A stretch of 42,244 nucleotides of DNA. It comes from Promethearchaeia archaeon (lineage in GTDB: Archaea; Asgardarchaeota; Lokiarchaeia; Sigyniarchaeales; SOKP01). The position numbers and the translations under genes were made by a program. Position 1 is the stretch's first letter. Every line of letters begins with the position of its first letter. Shown one piece after another: positions 17,784 to 27,569 of this stretch. The notes below the pieces were generated by a model that was not told the origin of the DNA, ran no database searches, and saw only the letters and a program-made list of their open reading frames with translations. Where the stretch lies: positions 1 through 42,244 of the forward strand of contig JAHQWL010000043.1 in the NCBI GenBank assembly GCA_029856155.1, read 5' to 3'.

Positions 17784-18059
17784 ATGATAATCAAAGAGGA
17801 AAAAATATCAAACTCGAGAAGGGCGATGTTTGTAATATTTTTTATTGTATGTGCGGTATTAAGCATCCTGACTACATCGGCGATTCATTTTAAAATATTA
17901 ACAGAAATACAACCTGGGTATCTGTATAACGTTTACCTTTTAAATTTCCTATGGATGGACATTCTAATAGGTCTTGGAATAGGATCTGCCTTATTTGTTG
18001 CTATTCGAGTAATTATTAATTATTATTTCAACCTAAAAGAAGGACCAATTTCAACTTAA
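17784..18059 (+). CDS. Small two-TM membrane protein
   Basis: Two hydrophobic helices; GAGGAG upstream. Confidence 0.6.
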   Translation: MIIKEEKISNSRRAMFVIFFIVCAVLSILTTSAIHFKILTEIQPGYLYNVYLLNFLWMDILIGLGIGSALFVAIRVIINYYFNLKEGPIST

Positions 18060-18073
18060 TAATTATCAAATAC

Positions 18074-19024
18074 TTATGATAGTGGAAATCTACTCATAGC
18101 GAAATTAAGTTTTTGAAAGCCCGCTTCTATCATATTAGGGAGGTCATTTTCAGCACCAAATTCAATATACCCTAAGCTAGATCGCCCATATAAGAATTTC
18201 ATTCGCTGTTCGAAGTTAGTTTCTAATAAACCTTTGTAATTGGATAAAAGCTCTCTTAAAAAAATATCACCCTCTTCATAGAAAAGAAAATCTACAGCGG
18301 GGTCATAAATCCTTGATTCTTCAAAATCAACTATTCCCGTAATTTCAAAAGTTTTTTCATTGACTAAGATATTACTAGTGTCAAAATCTCCGTGTACTAT
18401 TGTATATTTGAAGTTAAAATTTTCTTTTTCATTAAAGAAAGAATTGAACAGATTTGTTATCCATTTTTTTTGATTTGAATTCATAGATTTAAATATAGTC
18501 AACTTGATTTTCTCAAGGTATTTTTCCCAATTCTTTTGATAAATCTCACATGAGAATGTAGGTTCAACTATCTGTTTACTTATCGCATCTTTTAATAGTT
18601 CATCTGAATGAAGATCAGAGAGAAATTTACTAACTTCTTTAGCAATTTTGATTTTCTCATTATTTGAAGTTCTATAATAACACTTGGATAATGGAATTCC
18701 CTCAATTTTTTCATACCCCATAAGAGGACAATCTGGATCAATAGAAAGATAAATTGGGTCTGGGATAGCCACAGAAACATATTTTTGGATATGATGTAGT
18801 ATTTTAAGTTCATTTTTAATCAGTTTAACACCCTTATGATTCCGGAAAGCCTTATCAGGGATACGGAAAATAAACTGGTTTTTTACTTCAAATACATTAT
18901 ATGTTCCATGATAGAAGAATTTGATATCAGTTTTTTCTAGATCTGGGAAAAAACCGTATATAGCATCAATTACTTCTGTTAAAGGTATGTCCGCTGCTCG
19001 TGTTTCTTCGAAGAATGTCATCAT
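18074..19024 (-). CDS. Aminoglycoside phosphotransferase (APH/choline kinase) family protein
   Basis: FIFRIP, E..IL, YEKIEG, Brenner motif HGDFDTSNIL, GIVDFEE, DPAVDF. Confidence 0.85.
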   Translation of the reverse strand: MMTFFEETRAADIPLTEVIDAIYGFFPDLEKTDIKFFYHGTYNVFEVKNQFIFRIPDKAFRNHKGVKLIKNELKILHHIQKYVSVAIPDPIYLSIDPDCPLMGYEKIEGIPLSKCYYRTSNNEKIKIAKEVSKFLSDLHSDELLKDAISKQIVEPTFSCEIYQKNWEKYLEKIKLTIFKSMNSNQKKWITNLFNSFFNEKENFNFKYTIVHGDFDTSNILVNEKTFEITGIVDFEESRIYDPAVDFLFYEEGDIFLRELLSNYKGLLETNFEQRMKFLYGRSSLGYIEFGAENDLPNMIEAGFQKLNFAMSRFPLS

Positions 19025-19123
19025 TAATGATGAATTGTTATTCTTCTTTTTTAAAAAATATTGGTTTGAAACCTTAGAGAAAAGATCAAATCTTTTTTAT
19101 ATTGGAGTGTTTTATCTTAAGTT

Positions 19124-20281
19124 ATGAAATTAGTAACCTTTTTCATTGAATTCCGACTTAAGATTAAACAATACAAAATTGCGTTTATATTTCTCTTTTT
19201 ATTTTGGTTTGGGGGTTTTCTTTTCTTTCTTACTACAGAACCCAACCAAAATGTATGGGTAATTTTTTTATACTCCTTAACTGTGCGATCTCCGATGGAT
19301 GCGGGTGATTTTGCGAATTTATACTCTTTATTGTGGCCGATTTTATTGGAAGTTATTGTTTTTGGTTTTATCATTGGAGAATTACTGGAAAAGTATAATC
19401 CCATTATAACAAGTAGAGTTCTTGCTAGCCATAAGAAAAATCATACAGTAATCATTGGATATCATCATCTTTCTAAAAGAATAATTGAATCATGTCTCAA
19501 ATGTAAAAGATCCTTCTGTCTTATAGAAGATGATGAAGAAGCAGTTGAAGACTTAATTAACGCGGGGCAACCAATAGTAGTTGGTGATGCTACTGAAACA
19601 ACTAATCTTACACTTGCGAATATAAAACAAGCGAAAGAAGTTTTTATCAATGTTGGAGATGTTAGAGTTGCGATAATTTGTACGGAAAAAATCCGCAAGA
19701 TGAATCCCGAGGTTCCAATTTATGTACGAGTATTCGAAGATCATGTGCAAGAATATCTCAGACAACCTCCATTAAATGCCTTTCCATTTTCCACATCGAA
19801 ATGGACTATGGAAGATATTGATAAATGGACGAAAGATAAAATGGGAGTTGCAATTGTGATTGGTCGCGACAGTTTAACTCACCGAATTGCCTATCACATC
19901 TCTACGCAACCAGATCGTGAAGTTTTCCTTTTTGATGATGAACATGATGGCATCGAGTTTGAAGTAAATGAAAGATTGCATATCATCAATGAGTTCGCTC
20001 GCTTCTTGAGTGATTTACGTGCTCATGTGAACATGGAACATGTGTCACAGGTATTCATTTGCTGGAAACGAGATTCAGAATTTGATGAACTACTTTATTT
20101 AACAGCTAAAATCCATTTACGTTATCCCTTCATTAGAGTATTTGTAAGGGTATTTGATGAAGAACTTGTTGAATTAGTAAAAAAGTATAATGCTAAAACT
20201 TTCTCATCATCTACTAGGGCATTTAAAATGCTTCAAAAAGAAGTTCCACCAGATTCTGCTATTTGCTTAAGAAATAAATAA
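19124..20281 (+). CDS. TrkA-N/RCK domain protein with 2-TM N terminus (K+-channel-like)
   Basis: Two TMs followed by NHTVIIGY, VVGDAT...LANIKQA, PIYVRV; a second degenerate RCK domain. Confidence 0.7.
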   Translation: MKLVTFFIEFRLKIKQYKIAFIFLFLFWFGGFLFFLTTEPNQNVWVIFLYSLTVRSPMDAGDFANLYSLLWPILLEVIVFGFIIGELLEKYNPIITSRVLASHKKNHTVIIGYHHLSKRIIESCLKCKRSFCLIEDDEEAVEDLINAGQPIVVGDATETTNLTLANIKQAKEVFINVGDVRVAIICTEKIRKMNPEVPIYVRVFEDHVQEYLRQPPLNAFPFSTSKWTMEDIDKWTKDKMGVAIVIGRDSLTHRIAYHISTQPDREVFLFDDEHDGIEFEVNERLHIINEFARFLSDLRAHVNMEHVSQVFICWKRDSEFDELLYLTAKIHLRYPFIRVFVRVFDEELVELVKKYNAKTFSSSTRAFKMLQKEVPPDSAICLRNK

Positions 20282-20406
20282 TATAAAGTTATTTTTTTTC
20301 CTAATTGATTATTCTAACAAATAATGATTCAAGATATTAGGTTTAACCAATCATGCGTTATATAATTTAAAAAGAAATATTGAACTAATTAAAGAGAGTG
20401 ATACTT

Positions 20407-21342
20407 ATGACAAATGAAATAAATTTTACACAGGAGTTTTATAAAAATCTAGAAATAAAAGGTTATAAAGGAAAAATTGTGTCTGCAAAACATATTCCAG
20501 ACCTACAGCAAGCAGTTCCAAAATACCATAAACTAAAGTTCCTAGATCCAGTGTTTTATGAGGATTATAAACCATATTTTGAATTTGAACCAGAGGTGGA
20601 CTTTTCCGAAATAAAATCGCTTTTTATAATATCAGTTCCAGTACCACAATTTGAGGCAATTTTTCACTGGAATAATAATAAGATTTCTTTACTAATCCCT
20701 CCCACGTATTTGTATGGTCTTAAAATAATTAACGACATGATCGATTTTGTTGGTGAAATATTAAAACCAGGAGGTTATAATGTAGCTTATGCACGTCTTC
20801 CTCAAAAGACTTTGGCTGTACGATGCGGATTGGCCGAATATGGAAGGAATAATATCACATATATAAACGGGATGGGGAGTTTTCATCGGTTAACGACAAT
20901 ATATTCAGATTTTCCTACAGAGGAAGATAACTGGAGAGAATTACAAATGATGGATTTATGTAAGGAATGTTCTGCATGTACGCGGAAATGCCCTACGGGA
21001 GCAATTCCAAACGATCGTTTTCTACTTCGAGTTGAACGATGTATTACATATCATAATGAGCAACCTGGGGATGTTCCTTTTCCAGAATGGATTGATCCAA
21101 AAGGGCATAACTGTTTAGTAGGGTGCTTGCATTGTCAAAAAGTATGTCCTGCTAATAAGGAAGTTAGAAATTGGACTGAACCAGGACCAGAATTTAGTGA
21201 AGAAGAAACAAAACTAATAATGAATGGAATAAAATTCGATGATCTTCCCACAGAAACTAAGAAGAAATTTGAAAAATTTGAATTTGTTAATTATTTCGAG
21301 GTTTTTCACCGAAATCTAACTCCTTTCTTTAATAAAACTTAG
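20407..21342 (+). CDS. QueG-like (epoxyqueuosine reductase family) 4Fe-4S double-cluster protein
   Basis: LPQKTLAVRCGLAEYGRNN, GSFHRL, CKECSACTRKCPTGAI, RCITY, GCLHCQKVCP. Confidence 0.75.
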   Translation: MTNEINFTQEFYKNLEIKGYKGKIVSAKHIPDLQQAVPKYHKLKFLDPVFYEDYKPYFEFEPEVDFSEIKSLFIISVPVPQFEAIFHWNNNKISLLIPPTYLYGLKIINDMIDFVGEILKPGGYNVAYARLPQKTLAVRCGLAEYGRNNITYINGMGSFHRLTTIYSDFPTEEDNWRELQMMDLCKECSACTRKCPTGAIPNDRFLLRVERCITYHNEQPGDVPFPEWIDPKGHNCLVGCLHCQKVCPANKEVRNWTEPGPEFSEEETKLIMNGIKFDDLPTETKKKFEKFEFVNYFEVFHRNLTPFFNKT

Positions 21343-21443
21343 GAAATAAAATTCCTCTAAATAACATTTTTTTCTAAAATTGTAAATATAATGGAACATA
21401 AAAAAAAAAGGATTTTGGTTAATTTTGCTTTTATTTGATTGAA

Positions 21444-21770
21444 CTACTCTTCTGGCATTGATAAACCGATCATTGGTAAAGCATCTACTCCCGAAAGGAA
21501 TGTCTCTATTTTGTAACTAAAACCTGGAACATTTGAGTATATAAGATTCATATTTGTAATGCGTTTAAGCATTTCATCATATTTTCCTTGTTTAACTTCA
21601 GTTGCGGAGATTGATTTGATTCCTTTATGAGTGGCTTTAACTGCTACACGAATGAGTGATTTTTCTAGTGATCTATCCATCGGATATTTTTTCACTATCT
21701 CAAGATATTTTTCGCCAATAGCCTTTTCTTTACCGTAGGGTATATAGGATGTTGTGAGAATTATAACCAT
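21444..21770 (-). CDS. Hypothetical protein
   Basis: 108-aa ORF with GGTGA before ATG 21770. Confidence 0.7.
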   Translation of the reverse strand: MVIILTTSYIPYGKEKAIGEKYLEIVKKYPMDRSLEKSLIRVAVKATHKGIKSISATEVKQGKYDEMLKRITNMNLIYSNVPGFSYKIETFLSGVDALPMIGLSMPEE

Positions 21771-21982
21771 TAATTTCACCTCTATTTATTTAAATTTTTA
21801 AAAATTAGATTTCGAAGTAAGATTCATATGTTTTTATTTGAATTTAAACTTTGTATGGTTAGAAAGCCTCCCGATAATTAATAAAAAGCACTAGCCAATT
21901 TTTAAGCATTTTAGCTTTAAAATACTAAAAATCTTAGATTAAAGGAGAAAAACTTATTTTTCATAGAAAAAGAGCTTTAAAA

Positions 21983-22486
21983 TTAACTCCATTCATACCT
22001 ACACTTAGTACAAGCTTTCTTTTTTGCATATATACGTCTTGGAGTATAGCTAATTACCTTGGATTTATCATCAATTTCTCTTATAGCGAATCCCATAGCA
22101 CCACAGTTAGGACATACTCTTTTATTAATTCGAGAATCTTCACTTGGAGAAAAAGAATCCTTTACTTTTTCTGAGAGAGAGGGTAGGTTAAAGGACTGTT
22201 GTTTTGGTGGAAGTACTGGCGGAGTGTAAGATCGTTCGCTTGAAGGAGGAGGTGGTGTATAAGACTCCTGACTTGGTAGAGGAGTTGGAGTTGATTTTTG
22301 CTTTAATTCTTGAATTTTAACAAGCAATTTTTGATTTTCCTTAGCTAGTTGGGATATTTGAAGTTCTTTTTCAGCAACAAGTGCTTGATAAAAATGAATC
22401 TTAGAAAATAACTCAGTTATCTGATCTGACAATTTATTAATCGTAACTTCATATTCAGATATAGGTTCCTCTGAGTTGTTATACAT
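21983..22486 (-). CDS. Coiled-coil / proline-rich linker / C-terminal zinc-ribbon protein
   Basis: Heptad-rich N terminus, SYTPPPP and SYTPPVLPP, CPNCG...CTKC; GAGGAG upstream. Confidence 0.7.
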   Translation of the reverse strand: MYNNSEEPISEYEVTINKLSDQITELFSKIHFYQALVAEKELQISQLAKENQKLLVKIQELKQKSTPTPLPSQESYTPPPPSSERSYTPPVLPPKQQSFNLPSLSEKVKDSFSPSEDSRINKRVCPNCGAMGFAIREIDDKSKVISYTPRRIYAKKKACTKCRYEWS

Positions 22487-22707
22487 CACAATTCATACTC
22501 CTCATTCTTAACAATATTGTCGGGTCTTTCTATTGTACTTAGTTTGCTTTAATATATAAATGTTTTCGGAGTGAAATTTTTGAAAAATAGATATTAATAT
22601 GAGCTATATAAATGTCGAGCTTATTATTTGCTTCAGAGTAATAACATTTAAAAAAACTATAATTTATTTTACTATATTAAAGAATTCAAAATATAAAGCG
22701 ATTGTTA

Positions 22708-23763
22708 ATGTCTAAATTAAATGATTCTTCAATTAAAGAATTGGAAAATCAAATTAAAACTCTTGAGAACAATCTACAAGAATTGAGAAATGAATTTATT
22801 AAAAAAACTGGGCAATTACCCTCAAGAAATTTAAGAGATTTTAGCTGGAGATGGACAATTTTCGCAACTCTGGGTTTTGCTTTTATATCAAGTATTGTCT
22901 ATCTCTTAGGTATAGCAAAAGTTGGTATCTCAGAAAATACGGGTATTCCATCATTCTTTTTTCATACTGATTTAGCTTATTTTAACATTCTCACTCTTTA
23001 TGTTATTATCATGGTATTAATTGTTCAATCAAATAAAATTAACGGATATCAAACGATAGTGTTGATTTCAGGTTTTTGGTGTGCTCATTGGTTAATTTAT
23101 GATTGGTCATGGTGGGCTCTTAGAATTGGGATGGGTACAATTAACTTAGACGGTTTCTGGGCACGTGGATTAGGGTCTCCAATAGTCGTACCTCATCCTT
23201 CAATGGGGATGTTCTTATTATGGGCTATCTTAGGAGGGATTATGGCTTTGTATACCTTCACAATACCCAAAAACTACATAGAACTTCTGCCTCCTACGAT
23301 TTGGTTATATACTGGATATCCCAACGCAAGTATTTGTGAGATGATAGGTATTTCAGATGATATTATATTAATTATTGGGATAATACTTATAGTTATATCA
23401 TTTTCTATAGTTGGATTCTTTACATATCGAAGATTCAAGGGCAGATCTATAGAATGGCATAAAAAACGAGAAGAAATTAAGAATAGCTTTAAAAAAGAAA
23501 ATCTAAATTTTGATCCACTTACACTGCCTTGGATTTTTATTATAGTAGGAATGTTGATACTTATGTATCTTTTTTTTGTATTGATTCCTGTAATAGGATT
23601 ATTCTTAGGATTTATTTCGTGGATGCTTATTCCGCTTTTTTATATACTCTTCAAAGGATCAAGTGCGTTAAAGTATAGAAGGGCAGGTCAAATAACAATT
23701 GCTATTACTTTAATCATATCACTAATTGTGATAATGTATGGTATACATATGTGGCCTCTTTAA
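22708..23763 (+). CDS. Multi-pass membrane protein with N-terminal coiled coil
   Basis: IKELENQIKTLENNLQELR followed by about 8-9 TM segments. Confidence 0.7.
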   Translation: MSKLNDSSIKELENQIKTLENNLQELRNEFIKKTGQLPSRNLRDFSWRWTIFATLGFAFISSIVYLLGIAKVGISENTGIPSFFFHTDLAYFNILTLYVIIMVLIVQSNKINGYQTIVLISGFWCAHWLIYDWSWWALRIGMGTINLDGFWARGLGSPIVVPHPSMGMFLLWAILGGIMALYTFTIPKNYIELLPPTIWLYTGYPNASICEMIGISDDIILIIGIILIVISFSIVGFFTYRRFKGRSIEWHKKREEIKNSFKKENLNFDPLTLPWIFIIVGMLILMYLFFVLIPVIGLFLGFISWMLIPLFYILFKGSSALKYRRAGQITIAITLIISLIVIMYGIHMWPL

Positions 23764-23853
23764 ATACTACATAAGATTTTTTAATTATTCTTTAAAATTT
23801 TGGAGCAGAATTTTTTTTAAAATTTATAGAATATGACTAAATTTGTTGATATT

Positions 23854-24573
23854 TTATGCATTAGAATCCCAACAATACATATCATAAGTTGGTTCATCAC
23901 TGAGTTGCCCATCTTTAATCCAAATATTATTTCCACGTGGATGTTCTGAAACTACTTGAGCAATCCTAGGATCGTGTGTGACAATAACGATAGTTTTCCC
24001 TTCTTCTGCTAATTTAATCAACAAATCTATGATTGATTTTCCTGTCTCTGAATCTAAATTACCTGTGGGTTCATCAGCTAAAATAACATTTGGGTCATTT
24101 ATCAACGCTCTTGCAATAGCTACTCTTTGCGATTCACCACCAGATAATTTCCCTACCTTACTATCCTCTCTATCTCCTAAACCTACAATATCTAATAATT
24201 CTTGAGCTCGTTTACGATCTTTATCCTTAATTCCATATGGTACTTTAGGCAATAAAACATTTCCTAGCACATCTAAGTTGGGAATTAAATAAAAGGATTG
24301 AAACACGAATCCGATTTGTTCTTTTCTATAATTTGCTAATTTACGTTCAGGAAGCTTTCCAATATCAATTTCGTTAACTAAAACTTCTCCTGATGACGGA
24401 GTATCCATAGCCCCTAGAATATTTAATAGAGTACTTTTTCCACTACCAGAGGGGCCCATTATCGTTATAATTTTCCCTTTTTCAATCTTTAAATCGATAT
24501 GATCTAATGCTTTAATTAGAGTTCTTTCTTCACCATATACTTTACTTACATCTTTTAAAGTAATCAATGACAA
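23854..24573 (-). CDS. ABC transporter ATP-binding protein (LolD/MacB-type)
   Basis: GPSGSGKST, LSGGESQR, ILADEPTGNLD, VTHD; GGAGGTGA upstream. Confidence 0.93.
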   Translation of the reverse strand: MSLITLKDVSKVYGEERTLIKALDHIDLKIEKGKIITIMGPSGSGKSTLLNILGAMDTPSSGEVLVNEIDIGKLPERKLANYRKEQIGFVFQSFYLIPNLDVLGNVLLPKVPYGIKDKDRKRAQELLDIVGLGDREDSKVGKLSGGESQRVAIARALINDPNVILADEPTGNLDSETGKSIIDLLIKLAEEGKTIVIVTHDPRIAQVVSEHPRGNNIWIKDGQLSDEPTYDMYCWDSNA

Positions 24574-24586
24574 TCACTTCACCTCC

Positions 24587-25831
24587 TTATTCTCCTTTTA
24601 AAACGACTACTGGCCTTACTCTGGCCGCTTTAATGCCAGGATATAAGCCTCCAAGGATTCCTAAGCCTAAAGCATAGGCTACAACTTCAACTATTCCTTC
24701 TAAAGTAATTATAGCTGATGCTCCTCCAAAAGGACTTCCACCACTGCTGAAAAATAGGACCAAAATACTTCCTAGAGTTAATCCGATTACGGCTCCTAAT
24801 ATTCCAAGAGTTAATGATTCAATGATAACATTTGTGAAGATATGACGATTTTTCCAACCTGTAGACTTTAATATTGCAAATTCTTTTAATCGAGTGGTTA
24901 CTGACATTAATTGGGTTACTATGATTGCAGTTCCCCCAGCTAACACGGCAATAAATCCAATTATTCCAGCAAATGCATCAAATAATGCAAAAGTTTCCTC
25001 AATAGATTCAAGAAAAGCAGATAAAGCTGTAGCAGTAACATAAACGGGAGCATATCCTCCACTTTCAGAATAAGTATTTATTTCTTCAGCGTATTTTTCA
25101 GTCTCCTGAGTAGTTTTAACATTGAATCTAAGTTTTATCGAGGAATAAGTGTTTGTTTCTAAACCAGATTTATCAAGTAAATCCCATAAAGTCTGTATAT
25201 CGGTATAAATATAATATTGCCTTGGAACAAATGAAGGTGCACCAATATCATCTTCTTGATAGACACCTACTATAGTTAAGTTCACTAAAATTGTTCCACC
25301 TAGATCTAACTTTATTTTAATGGCATCACCAATAGATACAGGAAATTGTGCTACACTTAGTAATCTTGAATCAATAATCGTCTCATTTTCCTCCAAATTG
25401 AAAATGTTTCCTTGCAGAATCTTAGTTGTTGGACCTCCCCATTCTTGATCTAAAGTTAAATTTATCCCTATTAAAGTTAAAGTATCTTGAGCATTTACTA
25501 GTTTATCTACACCAAAATAGTTAGATGTATAAAAGAAGGGGGCTTGCGATTCAGGAATTAGTTTAAATATATCCTCTCCTACATTAGGAGTATTGTATAG
25601 ATCATTCGTAAAGTTTATTGGTAAATGGCTATTTTCTCTACCTAACACATCTTTTTCGAGAATTTCTACGATACCAATTGTCTCAGATAAATTTTCCTGA
25701 AATTGCGCAGTTACTCCCGCTGTAAATGCACCAATAACAAATACTAACATTAAACCAATTCCAACGCCTATACTAGATAAAATAGCAGTGGATTTTTTTC
25801 TAAAAGCATTTTTAATGCTGAATTTTAACAT
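24587..25831 (-). CDS. ABC transporter permease (MacB/FtsX family)
   Basis: N-terminal TM, large extracellular domain, MSVTTRLKEFAILKSTGW, GLYPGIKAARVRP. Confidence 0.9.
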   Translation of the reverse strand: MLKFSIKNAFRKKSTAILSSIGVGIGLMLVFVIGAFTAGVTAQFQENLSETIGIVEILEKDVLGRENSHLPINFTNDLYNTPNVGEDIFKLIPESQAPFFYTSNYFGVDKLVNAQDTLTLIGINLTLDQEWGGPTTKILQGNIFNLEENETIIDSRLLSVAQFPVSIGDAIKIKLDLGGTILVNLTIVGVYQEDDIGAPSFVPRQYYIYTDIQTLWDLLDKSGLETNTYSSIKLRFNVKTTQETEKYAEEINTYSESGGYAPVYVTATALSAFLESIEETFALFDAFAGIIGFIAVLAGGTAIIVTQLMSVTTRLKEFAILKSTGWKNRHIFTNVIIESLTLGILGAVIGLTLGSILVLFFSSGGSPFGGASAIITLEGIVEVVAYALGLGILGGLYPGIKAARVRPVVVLKGE

Positions 25832-25972
25832 TCCTAGCCTTCTCCTTTTTTAATAGACTTATTTTTAAAACTTTCAAAGCTATGAAATGATATGGATTAT
25901 TTAAACATAAAGCTAATAATTTGTTAATTTATTTAGAAAGAGATTTTGAAAGCCCTCATCCAATAGATTTTT

Positions 25973-26218
25973 CTATTTTTCGTTTGATAACCTTTTTCTT
26001 GAAAGCCTAAAAGCAATTATAATTAATACTATACCTAGAATAAGAAAACTCATGGAGTTAAAAACCTCGGCAGCTTCAGCTCTCCAAAAAACTTCAGGAT
26101 CTACTAATTCTGGCATAAATCCTTGAATATAGTGAAAATGAAGTTCACTTATAAACGATAATATTATTAATAAAATTCCAGAGAATAATATTACTTTTTC
26201 AGCTGAATTATATTTCAT
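25973..26218 (-). CDS. Small two-TM membrane protein
   Basis: Two hydrophobic helices; 8 nt downstream of the methyltransferase. Confidence 0.6.
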   Translation of the reverse strand: MKYNSAEKVILFSGILLIILSFISELHFHYIQGFMPELVDPEVFWRAEAAEVFNSMSFLILGIVLIIIAFRLSRKRLSNEK

Positions 26219-26226
26219 TTTTCGTT

Positions 26227-26856
26227 TTACCTCGACATTTTACCTGATTTAATTCTATTTTTTTTTCCAAAAACCCAATACTGATATTCACCACCTCTCT
26301 CTAATACACATTCAGAGATAATTGAAAATCCTGCCTTTTTTACTAGTTCTAAAGTTGTTTTTGGTTCATAATTACTCCAAAACATTGGAACGCCAAAAAA
26401 ATTACTCGTTCCTTCTGATTCTGATACCCCTGTATTTATTAACAAGATTCCTCCAGGTTTAAGTATCTCATAGAGCTTCTTAAATATTAAAAAGTGATTT
26501 TTTTTTGGTAAATGAAAAAGAGTATATACACTTACTACTCCATCAAAGATATTTTCATCAAAATTTATTTCATTAATATCCTTTTTAATGAACTCAGCAT
26601 TTGGAACATTCTCTCGAGCCAATCTAAGCATAGTATCAGATAAATCAATTCCAGTTACCTTAATTCCTTTTTTAACTAAGAAATTTGCAGTTGGGATACC
26701 AGCGCCACAACCAACATCTAATACATGGGCTTCTTTAGGAAGAAGAGATAAGAATTTTTCTAATTCGCGATTAAATTTATTTACATTACGATAATTATAA
26801 TAATCATTCGCAATTTTATTATAGCCTTGTTCTACTAGTTTACTTATTTCATTCAT
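26227..26856 (-). CDS. Class I SAM-dependent methyltransferase
   Basis: VLDVGCGAG, GIDLS, FDGVVSVYTLFH, LKPGG. Confidence 0.88.
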   Translation of the reverse strand: MNEISKLVEQGYNKIANDYYNYRNVNKFNRELEKFLSLLPKEAHVLDVGCGAGIPTANFLVKKGIKVTGIDLSDTMLRLARENVPNAEFIKKDINEINFDENIFDGVVSVYTLFHLPKKNHFLIFKKLYEILKPGGILLINTGVSESEGTSNFFGVPMFWSNYEPKTTLELVKKAGFSIISECVLERGGEYQYWVFGKKNRIKSGKMSR

Positions 26857-26968
26857 TATATTAAATTATTAAAACTATAACTTTTCTAAGTATTGTTAAT
26901 ATTTTATTATAAAGATAAAGCACCACTATTATAGGAATTAATATCAAAAGGTAAAATATTTATATTTA

Positions 26969-27433
26969 TTAATACTGAAACTCTTTTATTTTTCCAAAAC
27001 TTTCAATCTTATTGTATTTCTTATTCTTTGATTGAAAATGGACAAAAATTTGTGATTCTTTAAGTTGTGGAAAATTTTCAAATAATCTCTTATCTCCATA
27101 TATAATTGTTTGAAATACGAGTGGTAAGTGACTACGAAATATTCTATCTCGCATACTCGCCCATCCAAATACAAATCCTCCACTCACATGAACGTAGAAA
27201 TGCAATTCAAAGTGTTCATTGTTCTTTTGCCATTCAGCTAATACTTCGTCTCTCATTAAACGAGTGTAAATGCTTGATATTTGCTTTAAGTCATAGTCAA
27301 TGCTTATAGTCAAAAATAGATCCCCCGTTGAATCGGAATGAGTTAAAGTATACTTACGCGGTAGTTCCAATTTTTTAGATTCCCCCGAGGCATTAAAAAC
27401 TACGTGTAGTTTTTCAGGATTTAAATCTACCAT
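26969..27433 (-). CDS. Staygreen (SGR, Mg-dechelatase) family protein
   Basis: LNPEKLHV.F, PRKYTLTHSDSTGDLFLTI, LMRDEVLAEW, R.RIFRSHLPL, YGD, VHFQS..KYNKIESFG: the full Staygreen signature. Confidence 0.9.
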   Translation of the reverse strand: MVDLNPEKLHVVFNASGESKKLELPRKYTLTHSDSTGDLFLTISIDYDLKQISSIYTRLMRDEVLAEWQKNNEHFELHFYVHVSGGFVFGWASMRDRIFRSHLPLVFQTIIYGDKRLFENFPQLKESQIFVHFQSKNKKYNKIESFGKIKEFQY

Positions 27434-27569
27434 TATTAAGTTTAAAATATTCAAAGATGATGTTTAAACGTTTTTTTTATGAAATATTACTATAAACTAT
27501 TTAAAATTGTTTTAAATTAAAGATAACAATACATAGTTAAATATAAATTTATTAATCTAGTTGTTATAA

